A DNA stretch of 35,247 nucleotides. It comes from Phoronis australis. Its lineage: Eukaryota > Animalia > Phoronida. The notes under the pieces are model-generated. The model worked only from the letters and a program-made list of their open reading frames with translations. It was not told where the DNA came from and did no database searches. Within the stretch, counting starts at the first letter, position 1. Each line of letters starts with the position of its first letter. Below are positions 1 to 11,319 of this stretch, one piece after another. The stretch spans positions 1 through 35,247 of the forward strand of contig NMRA01001007.1 in NCBI GenBank assembly GCA_002633005.1. The letters run 5' to 3'. The translations under genes were made by a program, and so were the position numbers.

Positions 1-1278
1 ACAGGAGAACCTAGTCTGTGTTGTTTAGAATTGTGATTTTTTGAGTTCTAAACACGCAAAACGCTCGTTATCCTGGTCCGGCAGTGGCTCGGAGCCCGGT
101 CAGGCCCGTCGCGGCCGGCCGGATTGACTCGTTATCCCGACCAGTGGCTCGGAAACTGATCAGACATCACGAACATAAACCAGCCAAAGTTGGAAACTAA
201 ACTGCTAGTCAGGAAAATACTATACTAGTGAGCCAAAGTAATTTGCACGTCTTGTATGTTGGTGAATTAGCCACGAAACTGCAAATCTACTTACTCGTCG
301 GAGCCGCGAATTCAGATTCCGCTTTCTCCACAGCACCGTCAGCATGCTCACACCCAGCCTTCAATATGGGGGGCTCGAATTTCTGACGTTGTGGACCTTT
401 TGGTAACAAAAAGGCGGGTGAGCTAAAAAAAAACGGGGCACCACTGTGAACTGCGCGATTGTGCTTATTTAGAGGACTTTAGTCTCATTTTCTCGAACTT
501 TTTGTTACTTTAGTCTCATTTTCTCGGACTTTTTGTTTCCCAGAGGCGGACCTTTTTGTCCACTTCGCCACTTTGCCCTAGCTTGGTCGAGCCCCCGAGC
601 CCCCCTGGGTGCGCGCATGGTCAGGGCAGAAGCTGTACATTGACAATCATTATTTGAATAATGTAAATATAAATAAAGATTCCCCTAACACCTGGCCGTG
701 GGATGAAAATCGAGTTGTTTCACAACAGTTTCTGCCATCTAACACTAAATTAGCATGAGCTCAGACGGCCTCGGTGTCCCGTCAATTAGTTTTATTGCAC
801 TTAAAGCCGGTAACGCAGGGATTTATTCATTGCTGGCTTCTCAAATCATGTTTGCACTCAGGAACACACCAAAGGCATTACAAATTGCATCTAATGAGAC
901 AGACTTTGTTTCAGTTTTATATAAGTATTGGTTAGGGTGAGAATAATTCATTTTGAAACAGAACGCTCAGTGATAAACGTCAACATGACAACTCGCAATC
1001 CCCCGCGACTTAGACGAGAGCTCATCAGTCCCGACGAAGACTTCGCAGGTGGATCGTTAGGTTTCACAGGCTATCAGTTCGAACAGCAATACAGTGATGA
1101 AGAAATACTAAGGAGGCGCCGTGAACAAGCTCAGACAACGGAACGTAGGGATAGTTATTTGGCAAGCTGGGATTCGTCAGGCACTCACGCGGCTGTCGAC
1201 CACTGCAGGCCACAGACAAGGAGATGTTCCACGGGCTCATACTTGCTATTTGCAGCGTACTTTTCATTCTTCACTACT
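1..1278. mobile_element. Partial Kolobok-type non-autonomous element (second copy of 8266-9929), left end outside window
   Basis: Colinear high identity to about 8683-9644, e.g. gacaatcattatttga...gattcccctaacacctggccgtggga. Carries the same GYQFE.(Q/E)YSDEEIL relic on + and the THAP relic VVKNEKYAANSKYEPVEHLLVCG on -. Similarity stops at about 1278. Confidence 0.85.
343..619. mobile_element. 277-bp MITE with 5-bp TSD inserted in the Kolobok copy
   Basis: TIRs catgctcacacccag / ctgggtgcgcgcatg. TSD GTCAG at 338-342 and 620-624. The empty site (cacagcaccgtcagggcagaag) is present in the paralog at about 9010-9030. Internal 31-bp tandem duplication at 476-537. Confidence 0.9.
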
Positions 1279-1916
1279 GCGATCCAGCAACTAGCATTAG
1301 TTCTTCGAATTGCGCATGAATCATAGCGGAGCTGACCAGCGACTAGCATTAGTTCGTCGAATTGCGCATGGCATGGATCGGACTTCCCGGCGACTCGGAC
1401 GCCACGGCACCTGCCACCCGTGGCGGGAGCAGCTTATTTCTTGACTAACACCTGCTTCTAAATCTGGATTTAAGCAAAATTACAAAGTCCACGCTTACAC
1501 ATATGCAAGCGTATCCAAATACAATTAAATATATTTTCATGTGAAACCATTCAATGTTCTTTGAACATTGACTTGTGTGAGTTCTTAATTTTCTTAGATC
1601 TGCCCAATCAGGTAGAACTGCGTTTCAAGTCATTCGCTATAGGCACCGGAGGAAGTTCGCGTCGTAAGTGACATCGTATGACGTCATATGACGTAGGAGA
1701 TGCGAGCCTCATTTGCATAAGTCAGACATCGGTTGGTTCAAAAAAGAGGATCATGCCCGAGTACATGCCTGGGAAGAGGCATCTTTTTAAGGGTAAAACA
1801 AGTCATGTTCAAAGCAACCTAGTGCCATTAATATGCAGTCTTTGGGGACCAAAGTGGTGTCATTTTATAGCTAAAGAGTTAAGCTTTCGAACACAATGCT
1901 TGGATTCCAGACGACT
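1279..1916. mobile_element. Probable right end of a different Kolobok-like element
   Basis: Ends ...ggattccagacgact followed by TTAA (1917-1920). Clustered tgacgtca/tgacatc motifs at about 1668-1693. A 35-bp direct repeat at 1284-1318 / 1336-1370. The partner TIR is not seen. Confidence 0.45.
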
Positions 1917-2309
1917 TTAACATTTCCTTTTGAAATCACTTTTGAATATCCGTTAAAATGCGCTAAAAACAGTTGTCCCTTCCTGGTTATCTCTTCCTGC
2001 TACTAGTAACAATGGAATCCAAGCCATTCACGGACAGTACGGTGATGACAATATGTCTGCCAACGTTCGCCGGGCGGACAAAATAAAACCGCCGTAGAAC
2101 CTTATGTTGAAAATGTCATTGAATCGTGGAGTCTCGAACATAAACATCCCAAACGCAAAAAAAAAACGCAAAAAACACCTGAATTAGTTTTTCAAACTTT
2201 AATTACAAATAATTTAAAACTGCTCTCTAACTCAGAACTTGACAACTAACTCGTGACTACTGTGACCTACGCAGCACGTGAAGCTTGCACGCGCGCACTT
2301 TGCACTAAC

Positions 2310-2651
2310 ACCACTGTTGATAAGTACACTATGTCTGTTCTGAAAGGGCAGACCATAATGGGACACATTCTTCGCAAGATCAGGAAAAACTTTTGGGTTC
2401 GTTTTGAGGCATGGCGGAAGTTTGAAGTGTATAGCCACGGCTAAATACCAACATAGCAACGAGGCTCGTGGTTTACAAATTCTGCGCACAATGTTTTTTT
2501 CAGGACTGTCCGATATTATTGATAAATTGAAGACGTTACTGTAGAATTTTAGGACTGTAGGTAAGGCATTTTTCGCGCGTACACATTCATGGGCTGGGCG
2601 CTTATTTAAGTAAAGTCTGAAAACACATGGGGGACGCTTATAGGGATACGG
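2310..2651 (-). mobile_element. Left part of Tc1/mariner-type MITE (family of 12395-13590)
   Basis: Reverse complement starts TA|ccgtatccctataagcgtccccc and aligns with about 12395-12715 (cctacagtcctaaaa, cagtaacgtcttcaatttatcaa, tgtcccaYtatggtctg). Confidence 0.8.
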
Positions 2652-2750
2652 TAATACATTCACGGCACATCATAATTGACCTTACCAGTAGCCATCTTAG
2701 CTTACCTAACAGGATCATATTTTATATAAAGAGCAAGAAAATTGAACACC

Positions 2751-3077
2751 GTGTTACAACCATTTTTAACCTTGCTAGAATATGTAGTTTGCTTAAAAGT
2801 GCTTTATTAGTAACACATAAATGTTGCAACTGTTACATTTTACATCATTGTTACATTTTAGGTTGCTAAGCCTCTCCTAAAATGTATTTTTCGACCAGGG
2901 GTGCTATGATACTCAGTAAAATGTAACAATTCCATAAAAGTAACAACTGTTACATTTTACATCATTGTTACATTTTGTTGCTAGGCCTCTCCTAAGATGT
3001 AACAAGTTGTTACATTTTGTGTAATTGTTACAATTTATGGAATACACATGGGAGAAATGTATCATTGTTACATTTTA
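2751..3077. repeat. Array of tgttacatttt / aatgtaaca motifs (transposon subterminal-type repeats)
   Basis: About 10 copies in both orientations, including a longer duplication at about 2828-2890 / 2944-3005. Confidence 0.7.
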
Positions 3078-3539
3078 GGAAAGCAAAATGGGGCTATTCG
3101 GAGAATTCTCCTCGCGGTGTCGCTGTTGTACTAGTGGTGATTAAATTGCGCATGCGTGGCTGTCTGCATGTAAACAACTGGTAAAAGATGGAATTTTTAT
3201 CAAAATACGTCGTCGCGCTAAGCCTTATTACTGCTAATTTCCCTGGTGCAAGTCTTCGACAGGTGGCCACAAATTCCCGAAAGACCTAAGGTTACTATAT
3301 TCGTGGACAATTGCGGTCAACAGGGTCAACTAACTGACAAAAAGTGTGTGGATGCTGAAGCCCCGTGTGTGCTCTATGTCTATGACTATGCAGTTCCATT
3401 CGGAGACTACACAACATTACTTGGTAAGTTTTTAGCAATCAGTTTCTATCAACATCGTTCGGTGATGTTATCCCCACCAGTTACCCCACTGAATAACAGT
3501 TTTATTGAGTGGAACTAAGTGTTTCTTTTTGGAAACTCA

Positions 3540-6500
3540 CCCGATGCCGGGTAGGCTAGCAGCACATATTCATATTGTCCTGGGTGGGAGTGCTCCCAAA
3601 ATAAGAGGTTATTGGTACGTGATGCACAGAAGTCAAGAGTGACTTTTTCACAGCAGTTTCTCTTCAAAACTATGCTGTTTCCAATAAAATTCTCTAGATG
3701 AGTGAGTTTCCTTATTTTATCGTGGACCCCACCCCCAGGACCACCAGCTCAGTTATCGAATTAACATGAATAAGCCTTAATTCAGTAAATGTCGTAACAT
3801 TGCATTGGAAAAAAATTGACACCTAGAATGAATTTTACTTGTTGAGATCAGAAGCACATTTTAAGTGTCATGAAAAATACACATTGTTAAATCACTTTTA
3901 GCCTGTTTCACATATTTTAATTCAGATATTAAATAAGACTTGGGTACAAAGGTTATTAGTTTCTACACATAAACATGAAGATGAAATGTCAAGTATGTTC
4001 TGCCTTACAAAAGTAGTTTTGTCTTGTCTTTTCTTTTACAATTTGCTAATATTTCTATTCTGTTACAGGCAAGAAAAAACAACTGAAACCAACCGCCTGA
4101 CCATCTATTTCACCGTTGGACAAAGTGAAAAGCAATCCTTCAGCAATAACCTGAGAGAATTGAACGTAATTCAGAAATTCAGCACCTGATATGCCTGATT
4201 ATGGACTCCCTCGCAATGTTGTTTCTTTCTGTGCTTTTTCAGTTTGCCATTTGTTTTTAAATACACTGATAATTGTTTATTCTCGAATCTTGTGCATAGC
4301 AGATTCTTATCCAGCTAGCTACAATTGAAAACATACAATAAGACAATCGATGCAGTCACTGAATGTCATTTCCCCATAATCTGTACCAAATTGAAAAGTT
4401 TTTACCAATAGTATAAAGCCTTTCTTCTGAAAGGAAAATTTAATGTCACTCAGCTTTTGGCTTTCATTTCACTGGGTTCTAGTTTCAATGGCCTATAGAA
4501 GCGCTTGTAAAAAAGGTCCAGTTTCAACACGTGGCTTTCTTTCATGTAACCTCATTCAGCCTCAATAACATCCACAATTAGACCCTTGAAGGTAAACACA
4601 GCAGCATATCACTTGAATCGTTTTGAGCCCAAAATCAGACTCTGAACTAGACCAGAGTGTGACTAGGTCTTCTTTAGCTTCAGTCCCTCATGTTTCTTCC
4701 AGGAAAGGAAATAAGCTATTGTCCACACATGACTCATTGCCTATGAAAGGGCATCCTCACCAACAAGGCTTATTTGTGTAGCAGTCAGATATAGTTCGTC
4801 TGGATACACAGACACTCCACTGGCACATTGTCTTATGGTAACTTAGTACTGCGATTCACATTTCTCCAGGGCCACTGACTTGCACATTGTGCCATGCAGC
4901 ACTGCTGGTGTGTGGAAGTGCTGTGGGAAGAGAACGGAGTAACAAAGCTTGTCTATGATACAGCTTGAAGTGGCCTTAAAATGTCACTGAACCTGGAACA
5001 AATATTGAAATATGAATAATTAAGTACTCCAGATTGGATCAAAAATGTTATCCCTGTTTTTCAAAAATATATGGTGATTGGTCTACAGTTTCACATAAAA
5101 GTAAATAATTACTATTTTCAGAAACCAAGGGTGTATATAATGAGTATTGCATAAAACTGTGTCTTTATTTTTTATCCCTAGCCATAACAATTCTTTAAAC
5201 GCATCACTTGTCTGTAAAATATACAAGTTTTTTGAGACAACTTCAAACCTTTGTTACCCATTTTCAAGCCTTTTTAATTTTGATACTTTCAGCAATTTTA
5301 AACTCAGATTACAGGTTCATGGGTCTGTCAAGCATACTTCTAGCCTAAGGTTGAGGGAACCGTTTTTCTTCTAATAGAAGATATGAAGACTTGGGTCATT
5401 TAAAAATGATGGATAATCTTTCTGTTGTTTAAGAGTAATTACAAATCGTAAGGCACCATCAAAAATGCAATTTTCACAAAAATGGCAGTCATTTGAATTT
5501 ATAACGACTTGCAACATTTCAAGGCATGAGTTAAGACTATTCAGTCACTGTGAATTCGGAAAATGTAATATATTTTCGTGGTTTTACAATTGATACAAGT
5601 AGCAAAACAGTTTCATGAAATCAACTTGAAGGGACTTCGTGAAGGTTAAGAATTACCTCACCATGCTCTTTTCCCCAAACATGTATTACCTGTTATTTCC
5701 ACACATTCAGTTGTACCAAATATTACAACCCCCCATGCCAATCCCCCCTCGGGACCTGAATAAGTAATTTAACAAAATGACTTTAAAAATAGCTGTTCCT
5801 TTTCAAAGGCTTTGTTCGTTGTCTCCAATATTGAAAGTAGGCTTTGACAACAGATCTGCACTGGATGGGAAGATCTTGTTGGTTAGCTGCAGTCAAATGC
5901 TAAAAACCAATTTTTGTCCATTCAGGGACGGTGCAGAAGCGATGCATATCTCCTCTGCACGGTACAAGCCTTCAAACCTAAAAACCAAAGGTTACGTGAA
6001 AACTGACGTGATAGATTTCCATTTCAACGTGTAATAGATTTCCAGAAGACATATGATAGGGAGTAAACAAATAGTCTAATGCAATGGATATTTATCACTC
6101 ACGTACCCTTTGCCATTGGGATTGGATTGTAATCTTAACTCATTAACCTGTATCGAGTTGACAGCATAAACATTCAGCATTGATTGATGTAACTGTCACT
6201 GATAAACTTTTAGAAATCATTCCAAACAATAATAATGCTTTGATGTACGAAAAGATCCCGATTGCTACGTCAAGTATCGTATCACATATCACAACATACA
6301 AAGATTAACCAGACTCTGGCTGGCGACTGACTGCCGCGAAGTCGACATCGGCGAGTGCCTCAGTTAACAGGCATCGGTAGAATAATCATGGAATAATCGT
6401 TAAAATAATCACAAACCTTACCTTTGTATGAGGTCGTGCTTACTTCCTCTCATAGAAGCACCCTTTTTACGCAATCTCAGATTCAGTTGGCACGGCTGCA

Positions 6501-6780
6501 AGCCATTTCACCATGTATTTAAAGGGCTCGCGAAATCGAGGCTGTTAATCTATCACCACTAGTACACGCACGCCCTCTAGTTATTGTAGATTTTCCGAAT
6601 AGCCCCATTGGTGAGTTTGCATATTTGTCACACAGAAGAAAACCGTTAACACACTTAACACCTTCTTTCTTGGATTGTTTGAATTCAAACATATAGATGT
6701 CCCTATATGCTTTACATGGTGTTTTAACATGAGTAGTTTTATAGCACATGTATAGTAAAAAATGCACACCGTACAGTTTC
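3540..6780 (-). pseudogene. Decayed multi-exon SAP-domain gene, possibly a Zisupton (KDZ) transposase relic
   Basis: Minus-strand 6498-6422 reads QPCQLNLRLRKKGASMRGSKHDLIQR followed by GTAAGG (SAP motif plus donor). Upstream is a frameshifted Y-x-T-C...P-C-K/H-I-G (SWIM-like, about 6700-6757). Further GT/AG-bounded, stop-riddled segments lie at about 5660-5755, 5860-5975 and 4330-4990. A weak TPTQDNMNMC (Ulp1-like) occurs at 3591-3562. Confidence 0.4.
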
Positions 6781-7152
6781 AACTCCACACGAAAGGAGTT
6801 TCCAAGATCAGGTAACAAGTTTTATATTGTTAAAGCGTTCTTGCAATCTTTTGATGACGCTCACAGGTCATAAATCAATTGTGTATCCGGCATTACAGCA
6901 AACACACTTCCCTTGGTAAGCACCATGACATCGTTTTTGGCTCATTTTTATTGTATTTCTTTGGGAACAAACGACAATGACAATTTTTTTATGGAGAATT
7001 CAATTTCAGAAGCCAATTTGATAAAAAACAGCAGTTTTAGTCCACGATATTTGGTTTATTTTGGCCAATGCTTTATTTCCTTGGAGTCACTGCTAATGTG
7101 GCGGCATAGTAATTTTTTTATATAGCTTAAAAGCTGAAAGAAATTGTTGTGA

Positions 7153-7244
7153 TGTTATAGTTTTCCATGACGTCATCCTTTTGTGACGTCATTTTCAATT
7201 CCTGTCAATATATTTTACATTTCTTTTATTACAAAGACGTAACA
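7153..7244 (+). mobile_element. Short 5' LTR of Gypsy element
   Basis: tgttat...cgtaaca termini (the alternative start is 7145), lying 5 nt before a tRNA primer-binding site. Confidence 0.6.
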
Positions 7245-7249
7245 CATTT

Positions 7250-7267
7250 TGGCGTAGTTGGCAGGAT
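7250..7267 (+). other. Primer-binding site complementary to tRNA-Ser 3' end
   Basis: tggcgtagttggcaggat matches 17/18 of the complement of the conserved eukaryotic tRNA-Ser end ATCCTGCCGACTACG-CCA. Confidence 0.8.
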
Positions 7268-8265
7268 ATAAAACAAGAGCAACACGGAGCGATGAAATGC
7301 GCCCACGAATGCATTGCAAATGGTGTGCTTTTAGGGTTATTTATTTGTATCATAAAAATGGCCACTAGATGGCGCAAAAACATACAATCCATCCAAAAAC
7401 AGGAACATGCCATATTTCATAAAAATCTGTCAAGGAACTTCAGAGAAACAAAAGAAAATAGAATAACATGAAATTGCCACTAGTCGGCACAGTGTCCGCT
7501 GGATTCGCCTAAAAGTCGCCGTCTGTTATCTTCATATAAATATACTTACTAAATTTAGTAAAGATCCTGCAGTGGGTTTAACAGATACAACTATGGGCGC
7601 AAAACAAAACTACCACTAGGAGGTGCCACAGTAGTCAGTCACCATCATCAAAGGTCGTCTTCACACTGAGAACATATATGCCAATTTTGAAATGATTTGG
7701 TTGATACAGTGCTGGACACCAAAAACAAGATTTGAAAACAGCAAAAATGGCCACTAGATGGTGCAAAATACCTCGATTCCATCCAAATACAGAAAGATAG
7801 CGTCATCACACCAATAGATGCCTATATTTAAAATTTTATGAAAATCTGTTCACGACCTTTGAAGATACTGAGTTAAACGTAAAAAACTAAAATTGCCACT
7901 AGGGGGCACAGCAGTAATCAGATCTGTCCGAAAGTCGTCGTCATCCATAGTCAACTTCATATAACAGTGTTCTCCACATCTGAAAATCCAAACAGGTCGC
8001 ATTCGTAAAAACTGCAACGTGCCGGAACTGCACAGCGGTCAACGTTCTCCATAAGCTAGGGTGCAGTTTTTTGTGCACCTTATTTTTACCCACGCATTTT
8101 AATAGTAATGCACAGTAGTGCAAACAAATAACTGTGTTTATTCAACTTTTTATTTGTAAAAGTTAGCCTTATTTACAAACATATCACAATGTCATAACCC
8201 ATTTACTTTGTCAATGACTTTGAAATGGAAGTCTGCAACGTGTTTGATACAGTATGGGGTTTTAA

Positions 8266-9929
8266 AGGAGCATGCCACCCAAAAAACAACCTAATTTGTA
8301 TCAATTTAGATCGAGTAGTTCTACTCCATAAGGACACGTACGGTTGCGTTACCTGACACCTGACGGCAGACAGAGGTGTTGAAATTATCCAATGACATCA
8401 TCGGTTTCACACGCAGTCTATTCAGCAGTTCACAACACGGGTTACTGGCATCAGCTTATCGCTTGAAGTCATCGTTTAACACCAATAAATCATCAAACTT
8501 TGATGTAAAACCCTTAGAAATACACTGAGTTCTTATAAAAATGTGCTGTTTTATTTCACTCTTACGGATTTATTGGTATTTGGACACACCGTAGCCTACA
8601 AAGTTCGGGAGGCCAATAAGGTCCGTAGCATGAATTTGGGGTCTGTTTGGAGATAATTCCGAAGTACTTTCCGTGAGATACAGGCAGGAGAACGTAGATC
8701 TGTGTTGTTTAGACTTGTGATTTTTTTAGTTCTAAACAGAAAACGCTTGTTATCCTGGTCAGTGGCTCGGAGCCCGATCAGGCCCGTTGCGGCCGGCCGG
8801 ATTGACTCAGTATCCTGGCCAATGGCTCGGAAACTGATCAGATATCACGAACATAAAACAGCCAAAGTTCAGTGGAAACTAAACTTCCAGTCAAGAAAAT
8901 ACTATACTAGTGAGCCAAAGTTATGTGCCCATGATTATGTTGGTGAATTAGCCACGAAACTACAAATCTACTTACTCGTCGGGGGCCGCGAATTCAGGTC
9001 CCGCTTTGCCCACAGCACCGTCAGGGCAGAAGTTGTACATTGACAATCATTATTTGAGTAGTGTAAATGTAAATAAAGATTCCCCTAACACCTGGCCGTG
9101 GGACGGAAATCGAGTTGTTTCACAACAGTTTCTGCCAGCAAACACTAAATTAGCATGACCTCACACGACCTTGGTGTCCCGTCAATTAGTTTTATTGCAC
9201 CTAAAGCCGGTAACGCAGTGATTTATTAATTGCTGGCTTCTCAAATCATCTGCACTCACAAACACTCCAAAGGCATTACAAATTGCATCTACTGAGACAG
9301 ACTTTGTTTAAGTTTTATATAAGTATTGGTTAGGGTGAGAATAATTCATTTTGAAACAGAACGCTCAGTAATAAACGCCAACATGGCAACTCGCAATCCT
9401 GACTTAGGATGAGCAAGAGCTCATCAGTCCTGACTTCGCAGGTGGATCGTTAAGTTTTAAAGGCTATCAATTCGAACAGGAATACAGTGATGAAGAAATA
9501 CTAGAGAGGCGCCGTGAACAAGCTCAGACAACGGAACGTATGGAGTTATTTGGTAAGCCGGCATTCGTCAGGCACTGCCACAGACACGGAGATGTTTCAC
9601 GGCCTCATACTTGCTATTTACAGCGTACATTTCATTCTTTACTACCATGAGCCACTTCCTAAGCATTTCGGACTCACGAGGAAGTAAAAAAAAACAATAT
9701 ACCCACTTTCCTCGCAGCTGCTTAGTTCGGACAAGCGGGAACGATGCACCGCAACATAGCGGCATTCACTCTGCATATCAACCACTGACGTCTCTAGCGT
9801 CGTTTCTCACCTTCCTCACAGGTTAACGCGACACCTCTTGGCGAGGTAAGGTCAACCGTATGCGAGGTAATGTGGATATAGACCGATTAAGACAGCAAAA
9901 AGACTAATTAAATCGGGTGGCATTCTCCT
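8266..9929. mobile_element. Kolobok-type non-autonomous DNA transposon, 1664 bp
   Basis: TTAA on both sides (8262-8265, 9930-9933). 15-bp TIR aggagcatgccaccc / gggtggcattctcct with 1 mismatch. Carries a THAP relic. The paralogous host sequence at about 21240-21260 lacks the insert. Confidence 0.9.
9568..9765 (-). pseudogene. THAP zinc-finger N-terminus of Kolobok transposase (truncated)
   Basis: MPLCCGA...FFLLPRESEMLRKWL...HLRVCG follows the THAP pattern M-x-x-C-C ... F-x-x-P ... W ... V-C. The second Cys and terminal His-Phe are lost. Confidence 0.7.
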
Positions 9930-11319
9930 TTAAGCTACTCAATAATTGTGATATCAATAGTCAACTAAGCACAAAAAGTCTTACACAGAATTAAACTTTT
10001 CCCATGATGTAGACAGTCCAAGTGAAGTGTCTTTGCAAAGTCAGTTAGGTAGGGTAAACAAAACCATTCATGTGCGTTTTCCATCTACTTGGATGGGAGT
10101 GTTACTGTGTTAGTCCTGTTGATGATAACCAATATTTCTAAAAAGATATCAATTGAATTATCAAATGCTTGCAACTTTCAAATTCCCATAATTTTCAGGA
10201 TTGCCACAAACTCATTCTTCCAGATGAAAACCCATCTATTCTCAGCGACTTTGGAGCCGGACTGCACGCCTACTGAGCAGTTAGTGGATTAGGCCTGTAG
10301 GTAGCAATGGGCCTTTGTTTAAATTGACTAGTTGTTAGAGATGAATTGAAAAGATAACAAAAACAAAACTGCCACTAGGATGCACCACAGTAGTTGAAAT
10401 CGTCGGAAAATCATCGTCAATCATCCTCTTTATAGTAAGCACATACATGCCAATTTCCACATTCAACCTTTGAGCGGTTTGGTTGATAGAGGGGTGGACG
10501 CAAAAAACAGACCCGAAAACAGTAAAAATGGCCACAGGTGGCGCAAACTACGTCGAATCCATCTAAAAACGGGAGGATAGCGTCACCTCACTAATAGGTG
10601 CCTACATATTAAATTTCATAAAAATCCGTTAAGGACTTTAAATTTGAAGATACAAAGGTAAACGTAAAAAATAAACTTGCCACTAGGGGGCACACCGGTA
10701 GTTGGATCTGTCCAAAAGTCGTCTTCGTCCGTTGTTAACATCATATAAATATACTTACTAAATTTCGTAAAGATCCTGTGAACGGTTTAGGAGAAACAGT
10801 CACAGGCTCAAAAAAAACTGTCACTAGGGAGCGCCAGAGTAGTCGAAACTGTCAGAAAATCATCGTCAACCATTCTCTTCATAGTAAGCACATACATGCT
10901 AATTTTCACAATCATCCTTTGAGCGGTTTGGTTGATAGAGGGGTGGACGCAAAAAACAGAATCGAAAACAGTAAAAATGGCCACTAGGTGGCGCAAACTA
11001 CTTCGAATCCATCAGAAGATGGGAGGATAGCGTCATCTCACTAATAGGTGCCTACATACCAAATTTCATGAAAATCCGTTTGGGACTTTTGAAGATACAA
11101 AGGTAAGCATAAAAAATTAAAATTGCCACTAGGGGACACAATGGTAGTTGGCTCCGTCCGAAAGTTCACTCATGCCGTCCCATTCATGAATGGAACATAT
11201 GTGCAAACTTCATGAACATGTATCAGCGGACACCGTACGCCAGACGGAAGCCGCCCGGACGGTTGGACAGAGATGACGGCATAATGCGTCCACATATAAA
11301 TATGTGGGCGCATAAAAAG

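Larger units (their letters stand above)
7965..10357 (+). mobile_element. 3'-truncated copy of hAT-like element (full copy 20948-23167), itself split by Kolobok
   Basis: Begins cagtgttctccacatctgaaaatc. Segments 7965-8265 and 9934-10357 align with 20948-21735 and 22706-22820. Confidence 0.85.
7272..11318 (+). mobile_element. Helentron-associated non-autonomous element (HINE/DINE-1/pearl-like) with internal satellite array; interrupted at 7965-10357
   Basis: Starts aacaagag in an A-run. Subterminal atgcgcccac (7297-7306) is the inverse of gtgggcgcat (11304-11313). Terminal hairpin atgcgtccacata-taaa-tatgtgggcgcat (11284-11313) plus A-run. Degenerate GACG/GGAC microsatellite at about 11228-11280. 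Core units of about 140-160 bp form a higher-order repeat of about 449 bp. Confidence 0.8.

Noticed and set aside
10335-10996. Similar ORFs MAIFTVF.SVFCVHPSINQTAQR
   Set aside because: They are by-products of the satellite units in the Helentron-type element.
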